Assembly: GCF_006345805.1 (NCBI RefSeq)
Contig: NC_043018.1
Span: 26,040,001-26,104,000 of the forward strand
Direction: 5' to 3'
From: Octopus sinensis
Taxonomy: Eukaryota
DNA: 64,000 nucleotides
Under the pieces are notes generated by a model. The model was not told the DNA's origin. It did not search any database and saw only the letters and a program-made list of their open reading frames with translations. A program made the translations under genes and the position numbers. Of the stretch, positions 35,509 through 47,809 are shown piece after piece (within the stretch, counting starts at the first letter, position 1; the number at the start of each line of letters is the position of its first letter).

Positions 35509-35541
35509 ATTTTTCTGCATATATATATATATATATATATA

Positions 35542-35572
<31 letters not shown>

Positions 35573-36189
35573 TATATATACACACATGCATATATACACA
35601 CATACATATATGATAAGCTTCTTTCAGTTTCTGTTTAGCAAATCCACTCACAAGGCTTGGATCTGCCAATGACTAGACTAGAACACACTTCCCCTAGTTT
35701 CCATGCAGTGAGGTTGAACCCAGAACCATGTGGTTGGAAAGCAAACTTCTTGCCACGTAGCCATGCCCGCAACCACACACACACACACACATATAAAACA
35801 CACCTGAAAGTTGTGTTATCTGTTGTGGTTGTTTTTAAGATGGCAGGCTGTTGTTTGAGGAATGAGTGTCTGTTTGACTGCTATTTTGTAGCTGACTGAG
35901 CAACAGTAAGCTTGGTTTTGCTAATAGAGTTCTTTTATGTCAGTTACCTGAGGGGTGTTAGTCACAGTATTGGTTCTTTTGTTCTTGATCTAATCTTTCA
36001 AACTGAGAAGATAAATACATCAGCTTTTGAAGCAGGAAAATTCACAGTTTTATTCAAAACAGTTGCTAGTTTTCTCATAGACACACTATCAAGCCATTGG
36101 GAGCTGGAGAATTTGTAGCGTTATTAAAACAGGAGATAGTTTTTGCTGTAGATCCACTATCAAGCTGCTGGATTTACTTTCAGCATCAG

Positions 36190-36362
36190 CAACTTGTAGG
36201 AAGGCGCAGTGCTGGTGCTGCGTAAAAAGCACCCAGTGGGTGTTAGGAAGGGCATCCAGCTGTAAAAACCATGCCAAAACAGACATAGATGTCTGGTGTA
36301 GTTTTCTGTCTGGCCAGCTTCTGTCCAACTGTCCATTAAATGATAACAACAACGATGATGAT
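36190..36362 (+). mobile_element. SINE family C
   Basis: Family motif plus gatgat tail. Confidence 0.75.
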
Positions 36363-36620
36363 GTGCATGGCTTAGCGGTTAGAGTGTTGTACTCGTAGTT
36401 GCTGGATCATGGGTTCAATCCCTGGACCAAGTAGATGTTGCACCAGTCCACTTAGCTCTAAGTGGATAACCCTGCGATGGAATAGCCTTCTGATCAAGGT
36501 GGACGTTGGCCTGCTTGCTTAGCCAGTGGGGTGGTGTCATTCGAAAGCTAAAATGATGCAAAAAGCACATTGTGATCGGCGATTTATAACAACATCCAAT
36601 AGTCTGGTCGATCATGTGGT
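36361..36620 (+). mobile_element. tRNA-derived SINE with D-type tail
   Basis: tggcttagcggttagag...gggttcaatccc head; tail matches 1-128. Confidence 0.7.
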
Positions 36621-36717
36621 TAGTTATATATGTGGGAAATGAAATGATAAGCTCTTCAGCTTGCTAGAAATAACAGATAAAACCTCACCTTCATCAAATC
36701 ACAGACTGTCTTTACAT

Positions 36718-36890
36718 TCTATCTTTACATTCTAAGTTCAAATTCCGCCAAGGTCGACTTTGCCTTTCATCCTTTTGGGATCAATAAATTAAGTACTAGT
36801 TACGCACTGGGGTCGATGTAATCGACTTAATCCCTTTGTCTGTCCTTGTTTGTCCCCTCTATGTTTAGCCCCATGTGGGCAATAAAGAAA
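36718..36890 (+). mobile_element. SINE family B, 5'-truncated
   Basis: Family consensus. Confidence 0.85.
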
Positions 36891-36892
36891 TG

Positions 36893-37058
36893 AGAAGCTT
36901 GCTCCCAAGCACATGGTTCCAGGTTCATTCCCACTGCATGGCACCTTGGGCAAGTGTCTTCTACTATAGCCTTGGGCCGACCAAAGCCTTGCGAGTGGAT
37001 TTGGTTGACAGAAACTGAAAGAAGCCTGCTGTGTGTATGTATATATATACATATATAT

Positions 37059-37095
<37 letters not shown>

Positions 37096-37345
37096 TGTAT
37101 GTATGTATGTATATATGTATGTATGTATATATATGTATATGTATGTGTGTGTTTGTCTCTCTCCATCGCTCGACAACCGATGTTGGTGTGTTTGCATTCT
37201 CGTCACTCAGCAGTTCAGCAAAAGAGGCCGATAGAATAAGTACTAGGCTTACGAAGAATAAGTCCTGCGGTCGATTTGTTCAACTAAAATAAGGCGGTGC
37301 TCCAGCATGGCCACAGCTAAGATCACCGGAACAAGTTATAGAATA
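36893..37345 (+). mobile_element. SINE family A
   Basis: Family consensus with expanded (TATG)n. Confidence 0.9.
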
Positions 37346-37869
37346 AAAAAAAGAATCAAAACAAACACATGAAATTACAACGAATGTTTTAATATCAGTT
37401 TTGTTTTTTTTATCTCGTTATGTAGGCTAAATTAATAAAATATACATATTTTGAAATAATTATTGACGTGTGACTGAGGTGGAAAGAGAGAGAGAGAAAG
37501 AAAGAGAGCAAAGCTTGAAATGTCTGTAGCGTGTGCTAAGCGTCGTTCTTTAACCTATATTTCTTCTTCTTCGCTCACCGACTCAGGAAAGTTCCTTTGT
37601 GGTACACCAGCTGTTTAGTCACATGATGTTTGCATTACTTAAGTCGAATACGATAGCATCTCCGAACAGTATTGAATGAATGATAATAATAATAATAAAT
37701 AATAGAATATCTCTGATAAAAATCAAACACTATGAGAATTGTAAAAATTGTATATAATGTGCGTGCGCCGCGTGTGCACACACATATACATACATACATT
37801 TTTTTTGTATTTGGAGTTATGTCTGAAATTGTTGCTTGTGGTCATTAATAGGGAAAAAATATATATGTG

Positions 37870-37894
37870 CATACATACATGTATGCATATATAG

Positions 37895-37926
<32 letters not shown>

Positions 37927-37963
37927 ATGTAATTGCGTGGACATGTGTGTATGTATGTATGTG

Positions 37964-38010
<47 letters not shown>

Positions 38011-38014
38011 CATG

Positions 38015-38047
<33 letters not shown>

Positions 38048-38600
38048 GTATGTCTATATATATGTATGTATGCATGTCTATATATATATGTATGTCTATA
38101 TATGTGTATATGTGTGTATATGTAAGTATGTCTATATATATGTGTATATGTATATATATCTATATATGTGTATATGTATGTGTGTATGTATGTCTATATA
38201 TATGTGTATGTGTGTATGTATGTCTATATATATATGTGTATGTGTGTATGTATGCCTATATATATATGTGTATGTGTGTATGTATGCTTATATATATCTG
38301 TATATGTATGTATGTCTTCATATGTGTATATGTATATGTATGTGTGTATGATGTCTATATGTGTATATGTATGTATGTATGTATGTCTATATATGTATAT
38401 GTATGTGTGTATGTATGTCTATATGTGTATATGTATGTATGTATGTATGTCTATATATGTGTATATGTATGTATGTCTATATATGTGTATATATATATAT
38501 ATATGTATGTATATATATCTATATATATATGTGCGTGTATATGTATGTGTGTATGTATATATACGTATGTGTGTTTATATATATAATATATATATATACT
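37870..38600. repeat. Long compound (TA)/(TG)/(TATG) low-complexity block
   Basis: Direct reading. Confidence 0.97.
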
Positions 38601-38687
38601 GAATCAACATCACGATTGTTTTGTTTTTTTATAGAAAAAAGATTTTGAAGAAATGGAGTTTTTTGTTATCTTTTGTATCCCTGACAC

Positions 38688-38722
<35 letters not shown>

Positions 38723-39639
38723 ACTAAGACTTCATGAAGATACAACATTGATATGGTTTCTCTTCCTAAGAGTGACATCTTAAGAATTTGTGGTATTTAT
38801 AATAAATTAAAATTGAGAATTGATGATTTAGTAAGACCCAGAAAAAAAAAATATATATATATCTTCGCTCAATCAGTTGTCTTTTTCAAGAGGATAAACT
38901 CAACACAATAGTTCTGTTTGGAAAATTCTTTTAATCTCTTATTCCATTCCTTGCTCTCGTTATTGGGTTGTGGCCATGATGTAGCACTGCACTATTAGGT
39001 TTTGCCTGATCGTATTGACTCCAGCACTAAATTTTTTTAAGTCAGTCACATTATTGATTTCTGTTTGTCAAACTGCTAAGTTATAAAGCATAAAGATATA
39101 AACAAAGAGTGCTGTTTTTCAAGCTGTGTCAGCATTAAAAATGATTTCACGCAGGTTCTGTCTCTCTCTCTTCCTCTTTCTCCCTCTCTGCCTGTCTCTG
39201 TCTCATATTCTTGCATGTATGTATGTCTGTTTGTATGTACACACACACACACACATCATCATCCTCATCATCATCATCGTTTAGCGTCAGCTTTCCATGC
39301 TGGCATGGGTTGGACGGTGCAACTGGGGTCTGGGAAGCCAGAAGGCTGCACCAGGCTCCAGTCTGATTTGGCAATGTTTCTACAGCTAGATGCCCTTCCT
39401 AACGCCAACCACTCCATGAGTGTAGGACATATATATATATATGTATGTATTCTTTTATTCTTTTATATGTTTCAGCCTTGAGGCTGTGGTCATGCTGGGG
39501 CACTGCATGTATATACAAAGCATCTTCATAAGAAGTCCTTCACTTTCACTTTGCGTTGTACGGCATTTGAAAAACCTTCTTTCTTTATGTATGCATATAC
39601 TACATACAGAAGTATATAACTCTGTGTGTGTGTATACAT

Positions 39640-40695
39640 ATATATCTTTTATCTTCTACTTGTTTTAGTCACTTGACTGTTGCCATGCTGGAGCACCACC
39701 TTGAAGGTGCTTTAGTCAAACAAATCAACCTCAGGACTTGTTTTTTAAAAGCCTAGTGCTTATTCTATCAGTCTCTTTGGCCAAACTGCTAAGTTTTGGG
39801 GATATAAATACACCTGCCCCACCAGTTGTCGAGTGATGGTGGAGGACAAGCACAAACATAAAGACACACACATGTAGATAGATATATCATCATCATTTAA
39901 TGTCTGCCTTCCATACCAGCATGGGTGTATCATCATCGCTGTCATATATATTTATGGCAGGCTTCTTACAGTTTCTATCAACCAAATTCAGTTACAAGTC
40001 ATTGGTTGGTCCGGAATAATAGTAGAAGTGCTGTGTAGTGGGATTGAACCTGAAACCATGTGGTTTGAGAAGTAACCACGCAGCCATGGAGTCCTCATGG
40101 TTTATCCAGGCTTGAGTGAGGTCCTTAAAATATTTCAAACAGGAGTGGCTGCATGGTAAGTAGCTTGCTTACCAACCAACTTATTCTGTTGGCATCTTTT
40201 CACCAAACAACTAAGTCATGGGGACATAAATAAACCAATACCAGTTGTCAAGCAGTGGTGGAGGACAAACAAAAAGAACACACACACAACAAGTTTCATT
40301 CGGTTTCCATCAACCAAATCCTCTCACAAGGTTTTGGTTGTCCTGGGGTTATAGTAGAACCCTAATTTGGCTGATGTTCAGTTCTACTGCGTAGCATATT
40401 AGGCAGGTGTCTTCTACTATAGCCTCAGGCCAACCAAAGCCTTGCGAGTGGATTTGGTAGATGGAAACTGAAAGAAGCCTGTCATGTGTGTGTGTGTGTG
40501 TTTATGATTGTGTGTCTATATTTGTCCCCCCACCATCACTTGACAACCGATGCTGGTGTGTTTACATCCCTGTAACTTAGCGGTTAGGCAAAAGGGACCG
40601 ATAGAATAAGTACTATGTTTACAAAAAATAAGTCCTGGGGTCAATTTGCTTGACTAAATGTGGTGCTCCAGCATGGCCACAGTCCAATGACTGAT
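39640..40695. mobile_element. Cluster of fragmented SINE family A copies in both orientations
   Basis: Minus fragments 39640-40090 and 40185-40360; plus copy 40400-40695. Confidence 0.8.
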
Positions 40696-41912
40696 TAGTT
40701 ATTCTTCTACACTGCTCAAAATATCTTAACATTTTTTTATACAATTCCTAATAATATTTGATTACACAAATGGTTATGAAGGCCCACCTGAGCAAATAGA
40801 AATTAAAGGGGCCCATAGGGAAAAAATGGTTGAGAACCATTGATGTAGAGGTTCCCATGTTGGCTCATATCATTTGTTGCCGTTGCTGTTTAACCTTAAG
40901 GTCAGTCCTGTCCTTATCAAGCAGATCTATAAATCAAAGATGTTCCTGTCAAGACAGGATACTCTGTCTTATATTTTCAGACAGAGACAGAGCTATCTCG
41001 GTTGGACTGCATCGTCCAAATGTTCTCGTGCCTCTCCACCACATTTCTCTTTCCTTCTTTTTTTTAAAACAGTCAGGTGTGATTTGAGGAATATTGGCTG
41101 CTATTTCTAGCCAGTCGATAGAGAGAAACTACACAGAAACTTCTTTGTTGGCTTGTTATTATTTGTGTCATACAAAAGAGCGTGGAGTTCAAAGCGATGC
41201 GCCTGTATTCTTCGTACAACAACGACAACAACAGCACCAACGACAGTGATGCCGCCGATGCTGACAACAATAAAAACTTGTTTCCACCAGGTCTCCGGAA
41301 TCTTTTACCGTTTACCAATTTTTTTTTTGGTGTTTCTTTTTTTTTTTTTTGTTCCTTTTATTCCCTCTTTCTTCAAATACAACAATCCCTTCACCTATTC
41401 CATGTCACAGAATCACAAGCGATATTAGAAAATAAATCAATCAAGTTGTTTCTTCCCACCTCCAGACACTTGACACAAACAGAAGCAAGCTGAAATTAGT
41501 AGCAGCGGATATAGTAGCAGCAGCGGATGTAGCAGAAGCAGCAGCAGTAGCAGTCATAGCAGCCCCAGCAGTTTTGCATCACTGCCAACTCCAACACAGT
41601 TAACTCAAATAGCGAAATGAAAGTAGAAATAAGTTACCTTATTATATAGCAGCACATCAGCAACGATCAAGAAGACTCGTGATCGAAACTGTTCTGACCA
41701 TGACCATCTCCTTCTTGTTCTTTTCATTGAAACAGAGTATCTAAAACTAGTCGACATAATGTGTCCTGATTTTTAAGAAAATTTTATTTACTACAGAAAT
41801 TAGAATTATCCACTCAAAATTTTATTTTTCTTAACTGCGGAAAGCAGTTTTATATAGCTATCTATCTTCCATTGAGGAATGTCATCTTTGAAATTATTTT
41901 TCGTAGAGATAG

Positions 41913-42318
41913 GTGCAGGAGTGACTGTGTGGCAAGTAGCTTGCTTACCAATCACATGGTTCTAGGTTCAGTCCCACAACGTGGCACCTTGGGCAAATGT
42001 CTTCTACTATAGCCTTGGGCCAACCAAAACCTTGTGCATGGATTTGATAGATGGAAGCTGAAAGATGCCCATCGTGTATATATGTGTGTGTGTGTATGTT
42101 TGTGTGTGTGTGTGTGTGTTTGGTGTCTGTGTTTGTCCCCCAACATTGCATGACAACTGATGCTGGTGTGTTTACGTCCCCCGTAACTTAACAGTTCAGC
42201 AAAAGAGAACAATAGAATAAGTAGTAGGCTTACAAAGAATAAGTCCTGGGGTCGATTTGCTCAACTAAAGGTGGTGCTCCAGCATGGCCGCAGTCAAATG
42301 ACTGAAACAAATAAAAGA
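41913..42318 (+). mobile_element. SINE family A
   Basis: Family consensus. Confidence 0.9.
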
Positions 42319-42524
42319 AGTTTATCGAGGCAGCATGATTTGGAGAAAATACCAATGCCATTTTTTGGTAGACATTTAATAACAATACCAGAATGACCGT
42401 GAAATTGAATTTCACAATTAAAGCCACTAGGTATGGTTGGAGGGAGATTTGGCTGGCATTTCTAGCAAACCAAGCAACCACGACTCAAAAATGTGTATAT
42501 TGTTTTAACTGGTTAACCCTTTTA

Positions 42525-42912
42525 TTCTTTTCTCTAGAATTCTTTTACTTGTTCCAGTCATCTGACTGTGGCCATGCTGGAGCACCACCTCGAAGGATTT
42601 TAGTCAAACGGATCAACTCCAGGACTTTTTTTTTAAAGCCTAGTACTTATTCTATCTGTTTCTTTTGCTGAACTGCTAAGTTACGGAGGGGACGTAAACA
42701 CACCAACACCAGTAGTGATGGGGGGACAAATACAAACATAAAGATACACATGTAGATATATATACATTTATATATTTGACAGGCTTCTTTCAGTTTCCGT
42801 CTACCAAATCCAATCATAAGGTTTTGGTCAGCCCAAGGTTATAGTAGAAGACACTTGTCCATGGTGCCATGCACTGGGACTGAACCCAGATCCATGTGGT
42901 TGGGAAGCAAGC
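42525..42912 (-). mobile_element. SINE family A (inverted partner of 41913-42318)
   Basis: Family consensus. Confidence 0.9.
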
Positions 42913-42963
42913 TCCTTCCCACACAGCCATGTCTGGAAATCAGATATATCCATTCAAAATTTC

Positions 42964-43166
42964 TTTACCCTTAATTATGGAAAGCAATTCTATATACCGA
43001 TATATCTTTCATTGAGGGATGTCATGTTTGGAACTATTTTTCTTGAGATATGTGAGGTTTATTAAGACAATGTGACTTGCAGAAAATACCAATTCTAATT
43101 TTTGGTAGATATTTGGCATCATTACTGGAATAACTATGAAATTTAAATTTGCTGTTAAAGGGTTCA
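42964..43166. mobile_element. piggyBac-type MITE, decayed
   Basis: Homologous to 30221-30421; ccctt...aagggtt termini. Confidence 0.6.
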
Positions 43167-43574
43167 AAACAGTAAGATTGTGGATTGAGGAAGATTTGGC
43201 TACTATTTCTTGCAGAAAACCTCCTACAAATGTTTAGCTTCTAAGCCTCTCTCACTAAGCTTGTGTGGTGGGAGATGGTGATACTGGACGAGAATTGCGC
43301 ATCGGAAATCTTGGCGGGTGTTTCTTGTGCAAGAATGTCTGTATTTAGAATTGCTTATGCTGATGTTGTTTAGCCCCTGGTTAAACCTGTTTGAGCGTGA
43401 ACTTATAATCAAAGGATTTTCCAACCACGACAATTCAGTCCTACTTAGAAATAATGCGTTCTAGGGCTATTTTATTATCCAGTGTGTCTGTTCTTGTGAT
43501 TTGAGGGAGATTCGGTTGCTTTTTCTAGCAGGTTGGGTACCTATGTAGAGGCTCCCTCATTGACTGGCGAGTTG

Positions 43575-43935
43575 CTTCTATGAAGAAAGGCTGAAGACGC
43601 TCGACCTTTATTCTCTAGAAAAACGACGCCGCCGTGGTGATCTCATTCTTGCTCACAACATCATAAGCAGAAAGTGTAACCTCTCGAAAGAGCTGTTCTT
43701 CACTCCTGCTCCAGATCGCCGGCTGCAAGGAGAGGGGTTTTCTCCGTCCGGGTTGTGGATCTGTGGAATAAACTGCCGGACGAGATAGTGAAGGTGCCGA
43801 TGACCGCTCGGTTCAAAGTCTCCCTTGACCACAAGTGGCCTGAACTCTTTACATGAACACCACCCTGTACATAACTCCATGTCCCCCTACATGGCCTTGC
43901 TTTTTGCTTTTTGAGCCAAAAAATTAACTTAACTA
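43575..43935 (+). mobile_element. CR1/L2-type LINE 3' end with internal deletion
   Basis: YEERLKTLDLYSLEKRRRRGDLILAHNII.../FSVRVVDLWNKLPDEIV...FKVSLDHKWPELFT* (stop 43854-43856); short taact tail. Confidence 0.88.
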
Positions 43936-44094
43936 TATCATTACTGTTGAGAAAGAAGAGAATGAGAAAGTCTTTTATATAAATAACTCTGTTTCTATTT
44001 GCTATGACTGTGTCTGAGAGAGGCACATGTGTGCAAGTGAATGATAATGATGAGTGTGTGTGAGTGTTTATGGTTGCAAGTGTGTGTGTCTCAT

Positions 44095-44715
44095 CATCAT
44101 CATCAATTAATGTCTGCTTTCCATGCAGGCATGGGTTGGACAGCTTGACAAGGAACTAGAAAGCTTTGGGGCTGCATTGAGCTTCAGTGTCATCTTCAGC
44201 ATGATTTTTATGGTTGGGTGCCCTTCCTAATGCCAGCCACTTTACAGAGTTTACTGGCTGCTTTTTACATGGAACCAGCATGGGTGAAACATGTTTGTCA
44301 CAATTTGTATGGTTCGATGCCCTTCCTAATGCCAGCCATCTTACAGAATGTACTGGGTGATTTTTTTTTTTTTTTTGTACCACAAGCATGAGTGTAGGTA
44401 CCATGTAAATTGCAGCTGTATGTATATAATGTGTTATAAATAATATAGCATGTTACAGCTGTATAAGCTTCATGCGATATCATTGCTATCCTGAAACCAA
44501 GGTGCCACATAAAAAGGATTGGTGTGGGTGCTGGAGCCATGTAAAAAAGCACTGCTGATGGTGCCATGAAAAAAGCACCGAGTAAACTCTCTAAAAGGGT
44601 TGGCATTAGGAAGGGCATCCCACTGTAGAAACCAAAGCAAAATAAACAATGGAACCCGGTGCAGCCCCTGGCCTTGTTCCGGCCATGCCATCCATGCCAA
44701 CATGATGATGATGAT
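44095..44715. mobile_element. Two SINE family C copies, head-to-head
   Basis: Minus copy 44095-44400, plus copy 44490-44715. Confidence 0.8.
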
Positions 44716-44794
44716 GACAGCAGCAGTGGAGGCACAATGGCCCAGTGGTTAGGGCAGCAGACTCGTGGTCGTAAGAACACAGATACACACATAG

Positions 44795-44844
<50 letters not shown>

Positions 44845-44854
44845 TATATATATA

Positions 44855-45149
44855 TCACGTGATCACATGACCGACCAGACCATCAGATGTTGTTACACAT
44901 TGCTGGTTACAATGCGTTCGCATTGTTTTAGCCTTCGAATGACGCCACCCCACTGGCTAAGCGAGCAGGCCAACAGAAGAAAGAGTGGTGAAAGAGTACA
45001 GCAGGGATCACCACCCCCTGCCGGAGCCTCGTGGAGCTTTTTAGGTGTTTTCGCTCAATAAACACTCACAACGCCCGGTCTGGGAATCAAAACCGCGATC
45101 CTGCGACCGCGAGTCCGCTGCCCTAACCACTAGGCCATTGCACCTCCAC
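44855..45149 (-). mobile_element. SINE family D, full length
   Basis: tRNA-Arg-like head (ggtcgc loop) at the 45149 end; tail matches 1-128; a plus-strand head fragment lies at 44728-44778. Confidence 0.9.
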
Positions 45150-45599
45150 ATATATATATAGAGATAGATAGATAGATATAGATACAACGGGGTTCTTTCA
45201 GTTTCCATCTACCAAATCAACTCACAAGGCTTTGGTTGGCTTGTCATTGTAGTAGAAGTGACTTGCCCAAGGTGTCATGCAGTGGGACTGAAACTGGAAC
45301 CATGTGGTTGAGAAGCAAGTTTCTCACCACACAACCACGTGTGTGTATATGTGTGTGTGTGTGTGTGAGTGTCTTTCTCTTCATGTTTCTCCTCCACCAC
45401 TGTGTGACAAATGGCATTGGTTTGTTTACGTCCTCCTGATTTAGTGGTTTGGCAAAAGAGACTGACAGAGTAAGTACCAGATTTTAAAAATATAAGCACC
45501 TGGATTAATTTCTTCAACTAAAACTCTTCATGGCAGTGCCCCAGCATGGCCACAGTCCAATGACTGAAACGAGCAAGAGATAAAAGATAAAAGCAGATA

Positions 45600-46108
45600 T
45601 CTATATATATAAAACTCTAGTTGTGTGAGTGTCTGTCCCCTTCGATTTAGATTCCTAACTCCTCCCACATTTTGCGGTGCAGTTTAACCAAATTCGGGTA
45701 TCTTATAGTCGTGATTCATATCGAGCCTGTCTGACTATTAGCGCGCGTCAACGATGAGTCTACGATTTTAAAAATAATTTAACATCATTTTTTATTCCAT
45801 TTTAATGCATAAAATGCATCGTGTGTCGATGGCGGCGGAGTTGGCGTCCACGCTCACAGCTGCACCTGTTTGCTTCTCCCCCTTCTTCCCTCCCTCATGA
45901 AGCTGTGGGGAAGGGAGTGTAAAGAAATCAACGTCGTAATGCGTTGTGAAGGAGACCAGCGTTCTTTTAGAACAACGACTTCATGGCTTGAAGACACCAA
46001 AACAAAAATGGCTAAGAAAGCCCGAATTTATAAGGGAAGTAACTCTCTAAAAATGCTTATATAGTTATTTCCCTTACAAACCCGAGCAACGCCGGGCGAT
46101 ACTGCTAG
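45600..46108 (+). mobile_element. Non-autonomous Helitron
   Basis: 5' TC(tatatatataaaa), 3' hairpin cccgagcaacgccggg then CTAG, inserted between A and T. Confidence 0.8.
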
Positions 46109-46659
46109 TATAATACAAAAATAATTAATACTTTTTTTTATATAATTAATGCATTTTTACTGAACTTTTTTAAAAGACTCCTTATCTTGCAGAACCCCAG
46201 AATTCCTTTGACAGAGCCTGGAATTCACAAGAACTCACATTGAGGGCTACTACTCTTATGGTATCTGTGTTGGACTAGAACAAAGAACAGTGTTTCTGAC
46301 AGAATTACAAATTGCCATTTCCACAGATTGTAGTTCTGTTGTGTCTCTTGTTGCTATCTCTTGTAGATTATCCTGATTAAATTCTCCAAGGCAATGATGG
46401 GTAGCATATGTAGTCCAGAATGTATTGTATTAGAATTTACGCTCCTGTTTGTAACCATCTTGAAAGCTTTTGTTTTAAGAGACCATTGTTAACCCCATCA
46501 TTACCATTAAATGGCCTTCATTACAAAGAACTATCATAAAAATATCACACCAGTGCTTAACATTCATACATACTTTAGAAAAGATAGCTGTAGGATATTT
46601 TCTCTACTCTATTCATTGTCCGGACTAATTTCCAAAACTACTACGTTCTAACTTTTCAG

Positions 46660-46723
46660 TGAATCCTATCAAAGACCTCAATTGTTACATAAAATTCCTC
46701 GAGGTTCCTCTTTCGGAATCACT
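46660..46723 (+). CDS. Candidate exon 1 of three-exon module (ESYQRPQLLHKIPRGSSFGIT)
   Basis: ttctaacttttcag acceptor, act|gtaacg donor, phase 2 in / 0 out, 77-nt intron follows. Confidence 0.45.
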
Positions 46724-46800
46724 GTAACGGTTTTCATTAATATTGTTTACATTTCTACCATATAAATAATATTATTTGTCTTCTAATCCATTTTGTTCAG

Positions 46801-46885
46801 GAACGATACAAAGCTGTCTTTGAAGTAAATGAAAATAGTTCTCCATCAAATACTTTTCGTCGGCGCTTTGCACTTCCAGAAATTG
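46801..46885 (+). CDS. Candidate exon 2 (ERYKAVFEVNENSSPSNTFRRRFALPEI)
   Basis: ccattttgttcag acceptor, phase 0 in matches the previous donor, ttg|gttatg donor, CpG-retaining. Confidence 0.5.
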
Positions 46886-46977
46886 GTTATGTTCACATTT
46901 ATACTACAGCTTATCATTTCCGAACCAAAATTTCTAGAACGGAATTTTCGTAAAATATTCCCATTTTACCATTTTAG

Positions 46978-47015
46978 ATACTTATCTTTTTAGTGGTCAG
47001 AATGGTTTCCTATAA
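46978..47015 (+). CDS. Candidate terminal exon 3 (DTYLFSGQNGFL*)
   Basis: cccattttaccattttag acceptor, phase 1 matches, 92-nt intron. Confidence 0.38.
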
Positions 47016-47809
47016 ATTTGAATGTGCAATTTGTCATTCCCTAATCAAGTAGACCGTTGATCAAATGTGCTCAAGTTGCAACCATCCCGTTTCTGTGTGT
47101 GTGTGTGTGTGTGTGCATGCATATATTAAGGAGTAGATTGTCCAACGTGACCTTCAGCTGGTAGAGTGTTATTTGAATGAGACTTGGCTGCTATTTCTAG
47201 TAAATAAAAGTGCTCTAAATATTTACTCCTTTGTTGATTCAGTGATTATGTATGCGAGTAGTCATGTAGTTCCTCTACAGCAAGAAACCTGTCCTGCTCT
47301 GGCCCCTTCTCTCATATATTTACCCATCTTAACCCACCTCATCTCCTAGCATAAAGTTCCTCCCAACCACAGGTTTGCAGTCTTGCATGACAACCTCATT
47401 TGAGCTGGTAGCATGAAATAAGTATCCAGTGCACCACTGTAAAGTGGTTTGCATTGGCAAGGACACCCAGCTGCAGAAATCATATCAAAGTAGACATTGG
47501 AGTACAATGCAGTCTTTGAGCCCATCAGATTCTGCATTAGCCCCTGTGTTTTTATTTTTACCTGGGACTCACACAGGTGCTTTTTATGTGGCATGATCTC
47601 TCCAATCCGCACTGTTTTCTGCCACTGTCCCGTTCTCATTCCAGCTTCTCCACTTTTCTCATCTCTTTTCCTTATCAATGGTCCTTCAACATGTGGTTTT
47701 AGAGTCCCCTGCTGTTCTTTCTCCCTCAGGCTGTCACTTTAACCCTTTAGTGTTCACATTATTCTGCCAAAACTAATGCTTTTTTATCCACGTTGTTTTG
47801 AACTAATCA

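Noticed and set aside
37836-38648. ORFs of 95-217 aa rich in Y/I/M/C/V
   Set aside because: Translations of (TA)/(TG)/(TATG) microsatellites; the same applies to 10212-10536, 59493-60305 and 62581-63071
41073-41318. Minus-strand frame resembling a TM helix plus cytoplasmic tail (VVSIGGITVVGAVVVVVVRRIQ)
   Set aside because: Complement of an (AAC)-rich tract; in-frame stop just upstream and no acceptor
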